Shown piece after piece: positions 38,941-54,003 of a DNA stretch of 64,000 bases. The DNA lies in contig NC_135758.1 of NCBI RefSeq assembly GCF_052425735.1, positions 17,112,001-17,176,000 on the forward strand, written 5' to 3'. This stretch comes from Oculina patagonica (Eukaryota). Position 1 is the first letter of the stretch. Each line of letters starts with the position of its first letter. The notes beneath the pieces were generated by a model, which worked only from the letters and a program-made list of their open reading frames with translations, did not search any database and was not told where the DNA came from. The position numbers and the translations under genes were made by a program.

Positions 38941-38964
38941 GTTTGTCGTTGTCGGTAAGCTAGT

Positions 38965-40186
<1,222 letters not shown>

Positions 40187-40213
40187 GTGGATGACATCAT
40201 TCACTAAACAAAC

Positions 40214-40229
40214 GGCTCCTTTAGGAGCC
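40214..40229 (+). promoter_or_regulatory. Histone 3' stem-loop (H3, left arm)
   Basis: GGCTCCTTTAGGAGCC-ACCA. Confidence 0.95.
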
Positions 40230-41136
40230 ACCAGATTGATAAAAGAAATGACCAATCGATCTATTAGATTCATGTTTTCACCTCTAAATTTAGTCTGCAA
40301 AGAGTCTATTATATTTTTGCCCAAGAAATATTGGTTCGCAAAGCCTAATTTAGTGGGAAGCACCGAATGTTTTTTTACGTCTAGAAATATCGATAGTTTT
40401 ATACGATCAAAAATGCTCTAGGTTTTGCAAAAAAAAAAAAAACCGACACGCGAACGATAATTCGCGCGCAAAGTATGCGCCTTGCGAAGCGACGTTTGCA
40501 TCGGCCACGCAAATATGGGATCCGAATTCTATCATTTCCATGCCGCTTTAAAGTGGACTTAAAAGTTTAAAAGTAAATGACATCCAAATAAACTGGGACT
40601 ACGCGCAATAGGAGCGCAAGATTTAGGATGTGCTTGGGAGGATAACGCTCAAAAGAGTCGACTTGTGGCAAGACTAAATGAGCGCCGCAAATTATGTCTT
40701 AGCCCTGTACTTGGTGCTCTTCAAGCTAGTGATTAATTCCTTTCGTTCGGACTAAAAAGGAGAATCAAAAATACTATTGGCCTCCTCTTCGCAATTTTTG
40801 CTCCAGTATTTTTATTCCGGTCTGCGTTTCGCGCGCACTTGGACCATGGATAGTAAAAGGACTGGTACTATTAAACAAAGCGTAAAATCCTATCCCTTAG
40901 ATGACAACAAAATACCCACACGACTGAGTCACACAACGTTTTGTTAATTAACTGCGCTTCGTAAATTTCTCGATTTTCAACCGGTAGGGCCACGAGTATT
41001 TTGTGAGTAAGAAAGCACAGAAGGAAAAAAGCTTATACGGGATTTAGCTTAACAATCTGAGAAGATCCAAAATATTGGATTATTATTTTTAGGGTGGATG
41101 TACTCTGTTGATTATTGCTCTTTTATTTCATGTGGT

Positions 41137-41152
41137 GGCTCCTAAAGGAGCC
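41137..41152 (-). promoter_or_regulatory. Histone 3' stem-loop (H1)
   Basis: GGCTCCTTTAGGAGCC-ACCA. Confidence 0.95.
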
Positions 41153-41182
41153 GTTTTTGTTCAGTGGAGGTTTTCTTGGCCT

Positions 41183-41743
41183 TTACTTCTTGGCGGTCTT
41201 CTTCGCCGCGGGTTTCTTGGCCGCTTTCTTGGCGGGCTTTTTAGCTGCAGGTTTCTTCGCTGCGGTTTTCTTTGCTGCGGGCTTCTTTGCTGCTGGCTTT
41301 TTAGCTGCGGGTTTCTTTGCTGCTGGTTTTTTAGCCGCGGGTTTCTTTGCAGCCTTCTTTGCCGCTGGTTTCTTCGCTACCTTCTTGGCGGCAGGCTTCT
41401 TTGGTTTGGCGGCGGGCTTCTTTGCGGCTGGCTTCTTCTTCGGTTTCTTCTCCTTCTTTTCCTCCTTGGGAACCTTGAAGGAACCTGAAGCACCAACTCC
41501 CTTGGTGTGCACAAGTTTTCCGTTGGCGGCGGCTCTCTTCAAAGCCATCTTTAAGTGGGAGCCGACCTCTCCAACCTTGTAGTTGGCTTTGATGTATTTC
41601 TCGATGGCTTGGCGGGAAGAACCGTTTCGCTCCTTCAATGCTACAATTGCAGCTTTGATCATATCAAGATAAGGCGGATGAGCGGCTGGCTTTTTAGGAG
41701 CTGCCGGCTTCTTCTTTGCTGGAGACTTTGCTGCTTCGGACAT
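41183..41743 (-). CDS. H1: Linker histone H1
   Basis: 186 aa; globular domain [12 protein letters not shown]...[11 protein letters not shown]...[10 protein letters not shown]; KKPAA-repeat tail. Confidence 0.98.
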   Translation of the reverse strand: MSEAAKSPAKKKPAAPKKPAAHPPYLDMIKAAIVALKERNGSSRQAIEKYIKANYKVGEVGSHLKMALKRAAANGKLVHTKGVGASGSFKVPKEEKKEKKPKKKPAAKKPAAKPKKPAAKKVAKKPAAKKAAKKPAAKKPAAKKPAAKKPAAKKPAAKKTAAKKPAAKKPAKKAAKKPAAKKTAKK

Positions 41744-42592
41744 GTTGCAATTTAAGAACGTCGAATCTGGTTGCTGACTTCATCTGGTGTTCGATTTAGG
41801 CGGCCTTGTTGAATGCAAATTTGTTGTAACCCGTTACACGTTACAACTACGTCATCACGTCACATGACTCACTTCACTTGACACATGAATCAATGAGTCT
41901 TGACTTGTTGTTTTGCTTGCTTTCGAAACATGGTCTCACCGGTTTTATAGTTACACACCGTTACACGGGGTTACAATCAGTTACACACCGTTACACGGGG
42001 TTACAAGCAGTTACACACCGTTACACGGGGTAACAAGCGAAACAACAACAATAAAGTGTTAAATGAATAAAAAAATTGTAAAAATATATATTTATAAAAG
42101 ATACAAATAATTAAATGAAATAAATGCTTGGAGTGTTTTTAAAGTTACAAAAAAGTGTACATATTGTATTCTATTTCGTTTTAATATCACCGAAGTCTGT
42201 AGCCGATTTTTATTTTTTTAACAAATCTTTGGAAATTGCAGAAATACTATTCACCCACTACCAAAGCGTGTAACTGATTGTCACCCCGGACGACAACCTG
42301 CGAGACGATGAACCCCGGTAACGGGTGCCCCGCGCCCCGGTGGGACAGTAACCCCACCCCGGACCTGAACCCCGGTAAAACCCCCGAACCCCGGTACGGC
42401 ATACACCCCCCCCTAACCCGCCCCCGCCCCGCGTCCCTTTATACCCCACCCCCCCTCCCCCCCCCCCCCCCCCAACATTACCCCCCCCCCCCCTAACCCC
42501 CCCCCCCCCCCCCTCCACCCTCCCCTTCCCCCTCTCCCCCCCCCCCCCTCCCCCCCCCCTCCCCCCTCCCTTGTAACACCCCTGTACTGTCC

Positions 42593-42744
42593 NNNNNNNN
42601 NNNNNNNNNNNNNNNNNNNNNNNNNNNNNNNNNNNNNNNNNNNNNNNNNNNNNNNNNNNNNNNNNNNNNNNNNNNNNNNNNNNNNNNNNNNNNNNNNNNN
42701 NNNNNNNNNNNNNNNNNNNNNNNNNNNNNNNNNNNNNNNNNNNN
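42593..42744. other. Assembly gap (152 N) with low-quality poly-C flanks
   Basis: Run of N; degraded satellite on both sides. Confidence 0.99.
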
Positions 42745-42774
42745 GTCTACCTCCCCTCTTCCTCCCCGTCTTTT

Positions 42775-44500
42775 GTACCCCGTGTAACGGTGTAACTGCT
42801 TGTAACCCCGTGTAACGGTGTGTAACTGCTTGTAACCCCGTGTAACGGTGTGTAACTGCTTGTAACCCCGTGTAACGGTGTGTAACTGCTTGTAACCCCG
42901 TGTAACGGTGTGTAACTGCTTGTGACTCTGTGTAACGGTGTGTAACTGCTTGTAACCCCGTGTAACGGTGTGTAACTGCTTGTAACCCCGTGTAACGGTG
43001 TGTAACTGCTTGTAACCCCGTGTAACGGTGTGTAACTGCTTGTAACCCCGTGTAACGGTGTGTAACTGCTTGTAACCCCGTGTAACGGTGTGTAACTGCT
43101 TGTAACCCCGTGTAACGGTGTAACTTGTAACCCGTGTAACGTGGTAACAGTAACCCCCCCCCCTCCCCCCCCTACTTAACTTTACCCAACACCCCTCGTC
43201 CCCGTTACTCTCTTTGCCCGTGTAACGGTGTGTAACTGCTTGTAACCCCGTGTAACGGTGTGTAACTGCTTGTAACCCCGTGTAACGGTGTGTAACTGCT
43301 TGTAACCCCGTGTAACGGTGTGTAACTGTTGTACCCCGTGTAACTGTGTAACTATTGTAACCCCGGTAGTCTTTTACTGTAACGTGTGTAACTGCTTGTA
43401 ACCCCGTGTAACGGTGTGTAACTGCTTGTAACCCCGTGTAACGGTGTGTAACTGCTTGTAACCCCGTGTAACGGTGTGTAACTGATTGTAACCCCGTGTA
43501 ACGGTGTGTAACTGCTTGTGACCCCGTGTAACGGTGTGTAACTGCTTGTGACCCCGTGTAACGGTGTGTAACTGCTTGTAACCCCGTGTAACGGTGTGTA
43601 ACTGATTGTAACCCCGTGTAACGGTGTGTAACTGATTGTAACCCCGTGTAACGGTGTGTAACTGATTGTAACCCCGTGTAACGGTGTGTAACTGATTGTA
43701 ACCCCGTGTAACGGTGTGTAACTGCTTGTAACCCCGTGTAACGGTGTGTAACTGCTTGTAACCCCGTGTAACGGTGTGTAACTGATTGTAACCCCGTGTA
43801 ACGGTGTGTAACTGCTTGTGACCCCGTGTAACGGTGTGTAACTGCTTGTAACCCCGTGTAACGGTGTGTAACTGCTTGTAACCCCGTGTAACGGTGTGTA
43901 ACTGCTTGTAACCCCGTGTAACGGTGTGTAACTGCTTGTAACCCCGTGTAACGGTGTGTAACTGCTTGTAACCCCGTGTAACGGTGTGTAACTGCTTGTA
44001 ACCCCGTGTAACGGTGTGTAACTGCTTGTAACCCCGTGTAACGGTGTGTAACTGATTGTAACCCCGTGTAACGTGTGTACTGCTTGTAACCCCGTGTAAC
44101 GGTGTGTAACTGATTGTAACCCCGTGTAACGGTGTGTAACTGCTTGTAACCCCGTGTAACGGTGTAACTGCTTGTGACTCTGTGTAACGGTGTGTAACTG
44201 CTTGTGACTCTGTGTAACGGTGTGTAACTGCTTGTAACCCCGTGTAACGGTGTGTAACTGCTTGTAACCCCGTGTAACGGTGTGTAACTGCTTGTAACCC
44301 CGTGTAACGGTGTGTAACTGCTTGTGACCCCGTGTAACGGTGTGTAACTGATTGTAACCCCGTGTAACGGTGTGTTACTGATTGTAACCCCGTGTAACGG
44401 TGTGTTACTGATTGTGACTCTATGTAACGGTGTGTTACTGATTGTGACTCTGTGTAACGGTGTGTTACTGGTTTTAGCCCAGTATAACCTCTTGTAACCC
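42775..44500 (+). repeat. 30-bp satellite TGTAACCCCGTGTAACGGTGTGTAACTGCT; about three inverted copies at 41950-42038
   Basis: Roughly fifty near-identical tandem units. Confidence 0.97.
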
Positions 44501-47031
44501 CTTCCTCTCAGCGTAAAGGGTAACTTGTTCCATTAATGTGCGTTTTCTTTTATCAGCGGACTTCAATTGACTTCAATTGACGCACGCGCAATAGACATCT
44601 CCATTGAAGCAATATTAGTGTAACGTGTAACGGGTTACAATTTATTTGTGTGAATGTATCAAGCCTAAATCGGTCGTGGTATAGCTGACTTAGGAACTGA
44701 AGACTCAAAATGCTCATTTGTAAGTGCTCGTAAAGTTTATGCGCTAGATGCGGACCACCGAGGAAACAAGCCTTGAATATGGCGTCTTCGAATTCTGTGC
44801 TAGTTTGCCCCACGACTTGCGCAAATAATATGTTGTACCAATGAGATTTATTAAAAATAGGTTAAATAATTTGTAGTGGTGATATTTTGTAAGACGCAGA
44901 TGTAAACAATTTTGGGATAAATAACGAAAAAGGAGTAAATTTTCAGCTTAAATGTTTATAAAGTTGTAAAATTCTAAACAACATTTCGTCTTAAAAGCTA
45001 AATAACTTTAGTTTACATCGCTATTCTTAAAAATATCGAAAACTCTGAGAAAGAACAACTCTTAAATCTTGCGCTTCTATGTTTAAATCAGATCTTCTAT
45101 TTATCCCCTATTGCTGAACGCCTTTGAAGTTTGAACAACAAGGACACCCTCCTTCAGTCCGCCATTTGTAAATCACTGTTTGATCCTGAGTCCCCGAGCA
45201 ACTTATCAGATCTGCGCTCTACGGTGTAAACTCAGAGTAATATTTTCGGAGAAATGAAAGTTATTTCAATGCGAGGAAGAACTGAGATTGACAATTTTAA
45301 TATACGTTTAGTTTTGCAAGAGCTATAGAAACATTCCGTAACATTTCTCAGTAGCCATCGCTATCGATCGCTATCAACCCGTATCGCGCAAACTAAATTT
45401 GCCTTTCTGCCGGAATGGTTTCTTCTTAGCCAGTACGTGCCCTCAGTTTCCTAAACTCGTAAGGTGTGTGGAACTAGAAAACGAAGAAGCAAACTTTCAA
45501 ACAGATCATTAAAAATGATCAGATATGTTCATGGTTTTTGTAAATCAGTGTAAATACACAATTTGTGTATAGCGCGTCCAACATTGATTAGCTTTTTATG
45601 CCAACTGGATCATGCAGTGATGCACTGATCCTTGATGAAGTCGGTAACATGTATAGAACTGAATTTTTTTTTAGTGTAGATTAGAAAAAGAAAGAGTTAA
45701 AAGTACATTCTGGATCATAACTCTAAACTGCGACCACGTCCCGGAGACCACGTGCGGTTCATTATACACACTTTCTTTGTACATGGGTGTGCGTAAAAAT
45801 ACAACAAAACTGCGTAATTGTCATTACTAAAAACTCTTCTAGAAGCCGCCGATGTTTGGGGAGAGATTACAGATCGGAGATCATAAGGAAAAAGGAACAT
45901 ATCAACTTAACCTATTCAGCATTTCTGCGACGTATTTTAAAAAAGTGAAGAGAGCTGACTCGTTATATTACTCAGTGAGTTAGCTTACTTTGGCAGACAC
46001 AAACATAACATTCCATTATTACGGTATTCGTCATGCTTTATCGATCGTTGCTACAATTTTGAACTAGAGAGTAGTGCACTATGTAATGTCCTCTAATGTA
46101 GCACATGTGGAACAGATTGTCATGATGTTCAAAGCCGACCGATTCGTTCGGGTTGCATGCAGCGACCAGCCTAATGTTACACTAGTAATAGTTCCAACTA
46201 TAAAGTTGCCCCCGCCTTTTTATAATTTGTTTTACATCATTCTAAGTTTAGTGGAGTCTTTTTGTCGCTTTTAATTATTGATGCCGATGGACTACACAAT
46301 TAGACTTCTTTTTTTACTGTGCAATGTACGTCACGACCGACATTGTTTGCTGCAGAATTTCTTGTTGTGTGACACTCCGTTGCGTCCTAAAAATATTCAC
46401 AGGTTCAAGTCGAATATATCACCTAGCGCGCGGAACTAACTCCTAGCGGAAATAACACATAACACATTATTCGTGGTGACAACACCCAAGCTTTATATTC
46501 CCGGGCTTATAACATTCAAAATAACTTACAATAATTTCCAGGCCAAAAAGCCCAAAAATTCCACGAGTAACAAAATATGGCACATTCAAAGATTCGAGAA
46601 AACAATTTTTAACCTTATTCAACCCACTCTTTGGATCAAATAATCTGACAGTTTGTTAGCGAAACGAATTACCTTGTATTACATGACAAAGTTCATGCTT
46701 TTGTTTATTACTCGTTGAAAGATGTATACGATACAGCAAACCTCCGAAAGCACTCGAACCAGCTCTTGGAACACACGTAGCCAAGAACACGAAACTAATT
46801 GCTCGAAATCTTTCGACGTATTACTATGATATTACTATAAACAACTGCTTCAAATATCACTTAACACAACCAAAGCAGAGAAACTGCTCGAACATATCTG
46901 TGAACACGCGTAAGCCAAAACCGGAAACGAAATGCTGCTAGAAGCTGGCGAAGCTCGAAGGTGACGAAACGCGACCTCGTGGTTGCAAGTACCCGACACC
47001 ACCGTGCGCGCTTGCTAAAATATTACCCGTC

Positions 47032-47066
<35 letters not shown>

Positions 47067-47698
47067 CGCTTCGCCCATTACAAACACATTTCTTACTTTT
47101 TCAAGAGATATTCTTTGTCCTTGTATGTATACACCCGGGGACTCCTAGGGTTCCTCCTCGGGTTTTGGCCTCTGGGCCAAAACCCTGCGGGGGCAAATAT
47201 GCATAATTTGCACACACGAACGCAAGCGCCCGTTCCTTCACTAAAATCTTGCAGATTTCCATGCCATCATTAAAATAAACACATATATTGTACTAGAAGA
47301 AGCAAGTGATATATTTTGAAGGTCAGAAGCAGAAATAGTAAATAGTTTATTTTGAACTAAACTTCAAAGCTGTAAACCGCGCGACGGTTTATTTATATTA
47401 GAAGGCGATCAGTAATTCTCACGCCAAAAATTCAACGGAAAGACTCCGTTATTCTTAAACCTTTAATCGAACGCTGTTATACAGTGTTATAATAAAACTC
47501 CTTTCTTGAACCCTGAGTTTTCTACGCCTTCTAAGAAATAATTTCCTTTGATATATTGCTGCTGAAAATGGACCGCAAACATTGCTGAAATCGAGGAATA
47601 ATAACTGATCGTAGAAATCTAGTTTGATTTCTTTCTAGATTATTTTTAAAAAGGTAAAATCTGTTATTTCGACTGATCATTGCTTTTATTAATGTGGT

Positions 47699-47714
47699 GG
47701 CTCCTAAAGGAGCC
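47699..47714 (-). promoter_or_regulatory. Histone 3' stem-loop (H3, right arm)
   Basis: GGCTCCTTTAGGAGCC-ACCA. Confidence 0.95.
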
Positions 47715-47739
47715 GTTTGTTGTGAGAGATGTTATCCAC

Positions 47740-48153
<414 letters not shown>

Positions 48154-48539
48154 TTAAACGAGAAAGATAACCGAATATGTCATTACAACTTTACGAATAG
48201 ATTTGTACCTGGCGGGCTTGTTCCTGATTGGTTTAAAACGAAGAGATCTGATTGGCTTAGTGAGAAAACCAATAAGTAATTTCACGGTTCTGTGACTGTA
48301 TTTCGATCCGAACAAGCTTTGAAGATTTTTTTTAGGCATTTCGGACTGTTCTGCTATGGAAAATAAAACTTCAAAAGTGAGAACAGTAAACAAAATGTTT
48401 TGTTAAGATTTAACACGAATGTTTCTCACAGGTAAAAACTTGTTTCCTATGCAAGCGGAGCGGGACGGCTGTACACAGGCTACTTGAATGTTGCATAAAT
48501 ATATATTTTTTTCTTGACCTTTGGCTTTGTTGTATGTAG

Positions 48540-48959
<420 letters not shown>

Positions 48960-48985
48960 AATATTTACTGCCATCACCATCAAAC

Positions 48986-49001
48986 GGCTCCTTTAGGAGC
49001 C
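48986..49001 (+). promoter_or_regulatory. Histone 3' stem-loop (H4, right arm)
   Basis: GGCTCCTTTAGGAGCC-ACCA. Confidence 0.95.
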
Positions 49002-49783
49002 ACCAACTCTTTCAAAAGTCATGATCAATGAAATCTTTCTTTATGATTCATGGTATTATTAATTTGCGCAAGTTAAGAATACTAAAAGCTACATTTCTAA
49101 GAGCTAAAGTAGATGGTTGCGCTTGTTTTCTGTCTTTTAGCGCATGAATAGGTCGCGCGCCTAACGCAATCGAATATTAGACACAAGGCGGCTTATTTTT
49201 TATTACCTACCTACAAAGTGCGCTTGTTTTCCCCAAAACGTGGGAGCTTAAATATTTTATGATCTCCACCAAACAACGGGCGAGGGCTAGTAATGCTTTC
49301 CGTTTGGATGCTATAGGGTCGGATTCGTAGCTATTTGCATTTGAAGAAACAGACTTTCGGTGGATATAGAGTAATGAAACATCCTAATATAGATTGCACT
49401 ACAGCCCTTGTATTTTTCTTCTTGAATTTTTAACTTGTTTTGACTTGTTACGGTGTACGCGTGAGATCAAAGGATGCGAAGTCGAGTTTTGGCGCATTTT
49501 CCAACCACTTTGATTCTGCGCGCGATTCAAACGTTTGTACACAAAAGGTTGAGTCCTAATTTGCAGTCAAACTTATGAACTTTTTTGTTTTCCTATTTGA
49601 ATAAAGAAATTGCACAGCAGTTGCAGCAGGATTTTGTTCTGAAATTATAAAATTTTGACTTCAGGGTAGTTGTATCATCAGGGTCCATCAGTTAGGAAAG
49701 GGGAGGCAAGAAGCGTCTTACTTGCACGCTATTTTTCCTCTTCCGCACGCCTGAGTTTTTAGCCAATGCACAGGCTAGGTATA

Positions 49784-50006
49784 CAGTAGAACCCCGGTAA
49801 CTCGAAAAATGTATGATCGTGTGAGAGTATCTGACGAGATAGGTTTAATTTGCACTGTACTGTCAACTGAAGTGCTGAAAAATCGATAAACTATCAATTA
49901 TTAACTTGGCAAATTGAATATTTAATCGACCCCGATAACTCGAAACCCCGCTAACTCGAACTATTTTTCGTTTCCCTTCAGATTTCGAGTTACCGGGGTT
50001 CTACTG
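49784..50006. mobile_element. pogo-type MITE in the right-arm H4-H2A spacer
   Basis: Perfect TIR CAGTAGAACCCCGGTAACTCGAA, TA flanks; related decayed copy at ~51420-51810. Confidence 0.9.
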
Positions 50007-50160
50007 TATTGCTTTCCTGCTTTTGGCTTGCGCTTATATTAGAGATGCGAAGTCGAGTTTTGGGGCAATTTCTGTAACGGTCGCGAACGTTTCTAATGTT
50101 CGATTTGTGCGCATTGAGGGTCGGCCGTGTTGCGACGTATAAATATGTCAAGTATCGTCA

Positions 50161-50622
<462 letters not shown>

Positions 50623-50930
50623 TCACGAAGTGTAGTTTCTAAGAGACTGAAATAGATTTTTTGCGCGCCCAAATTTTATTTGCCGTTAATCAGGTATGCA
50701 GGATCGAAATGCACCAATTAGAGCTTTCCATTTGACAAGATTAGACAAAGACTTTAAGTGGTATAAACAAACCACATGCAAATCAAATGACCTGGAAGGT
50801 CAGTTATGTTAGAATGGCCAATCAGTTATCGAGAATTTCGATCCTTATGTTAATTGATCCCTTCTTAATTTTATTATAAATACAAGATGTATCATCCTAC
50901 CTTCATTCAAATCAATTCTGATCTACAGAC

Positions 50931-51302
50931 ATGGCACCCAAAGTTGCAGGAAAGAAAGGCGAGAAGAAAGCCGGTAAGGCAAAGGCCGCGGCTGATGGAA
51001 AGAAGAAGAGAAGGGGAAAGAGAAAGGAAAGCTATGCTATCTACATCTACAAGGTGTTGAAGCAAGTTCACCCTGACACTGGTATCTCCAGCAAAGCCAT
51101 GGGCATCATGAACTCGTTTGTCAACGACATCTTCGAGCGCATCGGTACCGAAGCTTCCCGCCTTGCCCACTACAACAAGAAATCAACCATCAGCTCTCGC
51201 GAGATCCAGACCGCCATCAGGCTGCTTCTGCCCGGTGAACTGGCCAAACACGCCGTCAGTGAAGGAACCAAGGCTGTGACCAAGTACACCAGCAGCAAGT
51301 AA
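50931..51302 (+). CDS. H2B: Histone H2B (second copy)
   Basis: 123 aa; differs from copy 1 at ERIGTEA vs ERIATEA. Confidence 0.99.
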   Translation: MAPKVAGKKGEKKAGKAKAAADGKKKRRGKRKESYAIYIYKVLKQVHPDTGISSKAMGIMNSFVNDIFERIGTEASRLAHYNKKSTISSREIQTAIRLLLPGELAKHAVSEGTKAVTKYTSSK

Positions 51303-51334
51303 ACTCGCTTTGTGAGTTTCCCGCCAAAACCAAC

Positions 51335-51350
51335 GGCTCCTTTAGGAGCC
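51335..51350 (+). promoter_or_regulatory. Histone 3' stem-loop (H2B, right arm)
   Basis: GGCTCCTTTAGGAGCC-ACCA. Confidence 0.95.
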
Positions 51351-52514
51351 ACCAAATCTTATAAAAGTCTATGACCAACAGCGTCCTCTTTATTGCGTAA
51401 TTACTTTTTATGGCAAACTCTGCAACTCGGATAACTCAAACTAACTTCAATTTCCCTTGGATTTGACCCCACTTTTCAGTCATTTTTACTCGGATAACTC
51501 GAAAACCCCGCTTACTCGAACTAAATATTGTTTCCCTTGATCGAAATTTGGGTCAAATTTACCCCGATAACTCGAATCCCAGTTCTTGCAACTCGCCACG
51601 GTTGCCCATTGATTAGAGCAAGGAACATATCACGTATTTTTTTTTTGTAGCCATTTTCCACTCCCATCATAAGAATGTATGGTCGTGTTAGAGTTTCTGA
51701 CGAGATAATTTCAATTTACACTGTTACTGAAGTGCTTAAAAAACTATCAATTGTTAACTTGAAAAATTAAACATTCAATGGACCCCGATAACTTGAAACC
51801 CTGCAAACTCGAGCATTAGCATATAATGATCACATCAAAATGGTTTTAATCAAGTCTGAATCAACACAATCGCACTTTTTGTGCGAGACACTGAGAATAA
51901 GAACAGCGCATGAAACTGGATGATAGTAAATCGGCAAATTTACGACATTATTTGATTTAGGCCAGACTGTCGTTTTTAAGGACCAAGAGCTCTGGATGAA
52001 GGCGAGTCGAGGAAAACTTTTTCGGCTAAATTCTGATTGTTAAATGTCGAAGTTGCACGCGCCTTGTGTAACAATTTTTGTATTCTTTACAAGACTCGAA
52101 AAAGGTACTTAAACTCATAGAACTTTTCTTCGTCTGCTTCAAAACTGCATAAAAACAATTTTAGACAATGCGAAAATATTTCTACTTTATTTTATTACAA
52201 ATACATAGCCGTGAAAGCCAATTTTAAAGGAAGCTTAAATATTTTCAAAAGCAATAAGTGGGGAAATTGGAATAGGCAAACAAGGACTAACATTGTATTA
52301 TGTGTTGTCACTGACATGTTTCAAATTTAGTCAGTGACAACATTTTTTCTCTTTTTTTAGGACGAGCTTTCTTTTGTTCTTGTTCCGGGCTTAGCCCTTC
52401 ATCAGTGGAAGTCAAGTTGCTGTTTCGTTAAGAAACTTGCTAGCACCACAGAGCGCCACGAAAAAAAAAGTTTAGAGCAGGCGACTACTTACATTCAGTC
52501 AGCGCGGCCGACTG

Positions 52515-52740
52515 GTTTTTTCGACTTACTTGCTTGTTTACAAGCAAAATGAAGGAGAATAGCGGTTAAGTGGGGGTAAATGTGGAACAACATTCTTGTT
52601 AACTCTCAAGGGACTGTTTTAATTTCTCAAGGGAATACTTTCCTCTGTGGGTGATCAAAGCGCGTGACTTGTAAAGTGTCACTCCATAGTTGTGCTTCAA
52701 CACTTCCGTTTTTGTAGAAGAAACAACGTGACTTGTCAAA
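52515..52740 (+). repeat. Dispersed repeat homologous to 23715-23940
   Basis: Shared TTGCTTGTTTACAAGCAAA and CTCTCAAGGGACT...TTAATTTCTCAAGGGA. Confidence 0.75.
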
Positions 52741-52757
52741 TTTACAAACGTTATATA

Positions 52758-53371
52758 CCGTAATGATTCGATTTAGCGCCCTCCTTCCAATAAGCGCCCC
52801 CTTCCGAATAAGCGCCCCCCTTCGAATGTGTTTTTGTTAATAGAGCGCCCCTATTCCAATAAACGCCCCCATTCTAATAAGCGCCCCCATTCTTAAACGC
52901 GCCCCTATTCTAAAAAGCGCTCCAGTTGTGGCCAACTGCCGCTACTGAAGTCGTCGACACGTCGAAAGGATAAACTCATGAACATTCACCGTACCGTACA
53001 TGTATAGTTTACTGCTTGTAAAAGTAACTGAAATAAGCGCCCTGTCTCGAATAAGCGCCCACCCCCCCCCCCCCCCCAAAAAAAAAAAACAAAACAAAAA
53101 ACAAACCTGACACAGTGAGTTCGCTGGTTGACCTTAGTTACAGAGAGATTGAAAAGTGACAAAGGACTACTGAGAGACTTAGTATTTTACAGAGACTTCC
53201 AATGAATGATTAAAATCCCCCCTTGGTACAACTTCACGTTTTGTTATTAATTATTGTTTTGTTGCAAAATAAACTTACTGCTTGCTGAAAATAGTGAAAA
53301 TTTAATAAGCGCCCACTCTCTCAGTCCAAAAGTTTAATAAGCGCCCAGGCCGCTTAATCGAGTAAATACGA
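52758..53371. mobile_element. Tc1/mariner-type MITE with AATAAGCGCCC repeats
   Basis: TA|CCGTAATGATTCGATTTAGCG left end, CGCTTAATCGAGTAAATACG right end. Confidence 0.7.
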
Positions 53372-54003
53372 TTGTCTACGTCTCTCTAACAACACTCTGA
53401 CAAATATGTCTCTAGGAGGGTGGGTGACGGGAAATCCTGCTGACGTAATTGAGTTTTCCACTTGATTCAGAAAAAGCTTCCTGATCACAGAAATGATCGG
53501 CACATTAAAGATATTAAAAATACCATTACAAAAATCGATTAGATGGTGAATCAGTTGCAGTTGTTTGCTACTCAAGGAACTTACATAAAAGTTGGATTCT
53601 CCTTAATTCCATAAAAACATTAATGAAAAGCTTTTTATTTTGCAGCAGTGAACAAATTACAGAAAGTTTTAAAAAAATCCATATGTACTTTGGTCACTTG
53701 GAATAAACATAACACTAAACGATCCAACAAGCCTCGAGATTCGGTATTAGAAATTAAGAAAAAGAAAGAAACCGAAAAGTAGCGAAATTAGTTGCGAACA
53801 ACGTTTCGTCGTTCTCATGACATGACAAGCTGTCTAGTTTTAATTTTAAAGTGTTTCTTAAAAGCTTCTCTAATTAGAAAGCAAAAAGTATCCACAGTCA
53901 GCTACAAATTAAATCACTCGCTTCAAAAGATGTTGCTGTAGTTTATTATTACTTTAAAACTGTAAAAAAGTAAAAGTTCGTTGTTTAGTATCTATCTCTA
54001 TAA

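Larger units (their letters stand above)
41825..44639. mobile_element. TGT..ACA TIR element filled with a 30-bp satellite, 82 bp upstream of the H1 ATG
   Basis: Perfect 21-bp TIR TGTAACCCGTTACACGTTACA at 41825-41845 and 44619-44639; flanks ATTTGT / ATTTAT. Confidence 0.8.

Noticed and set aside
41108-41582. Plus-strand FFAAG-repeat ORF and other ORFs antisense to histones
   Set aside because: Reverse-complement shadows of H1 and the core histones.
42258-42592. Gly/Pro-rich ORFs or G-quadruplex element
   Set aside because: Low-quality poly-C sequence next to the N gap; degraded satellite read (similar at ~43120-43220).
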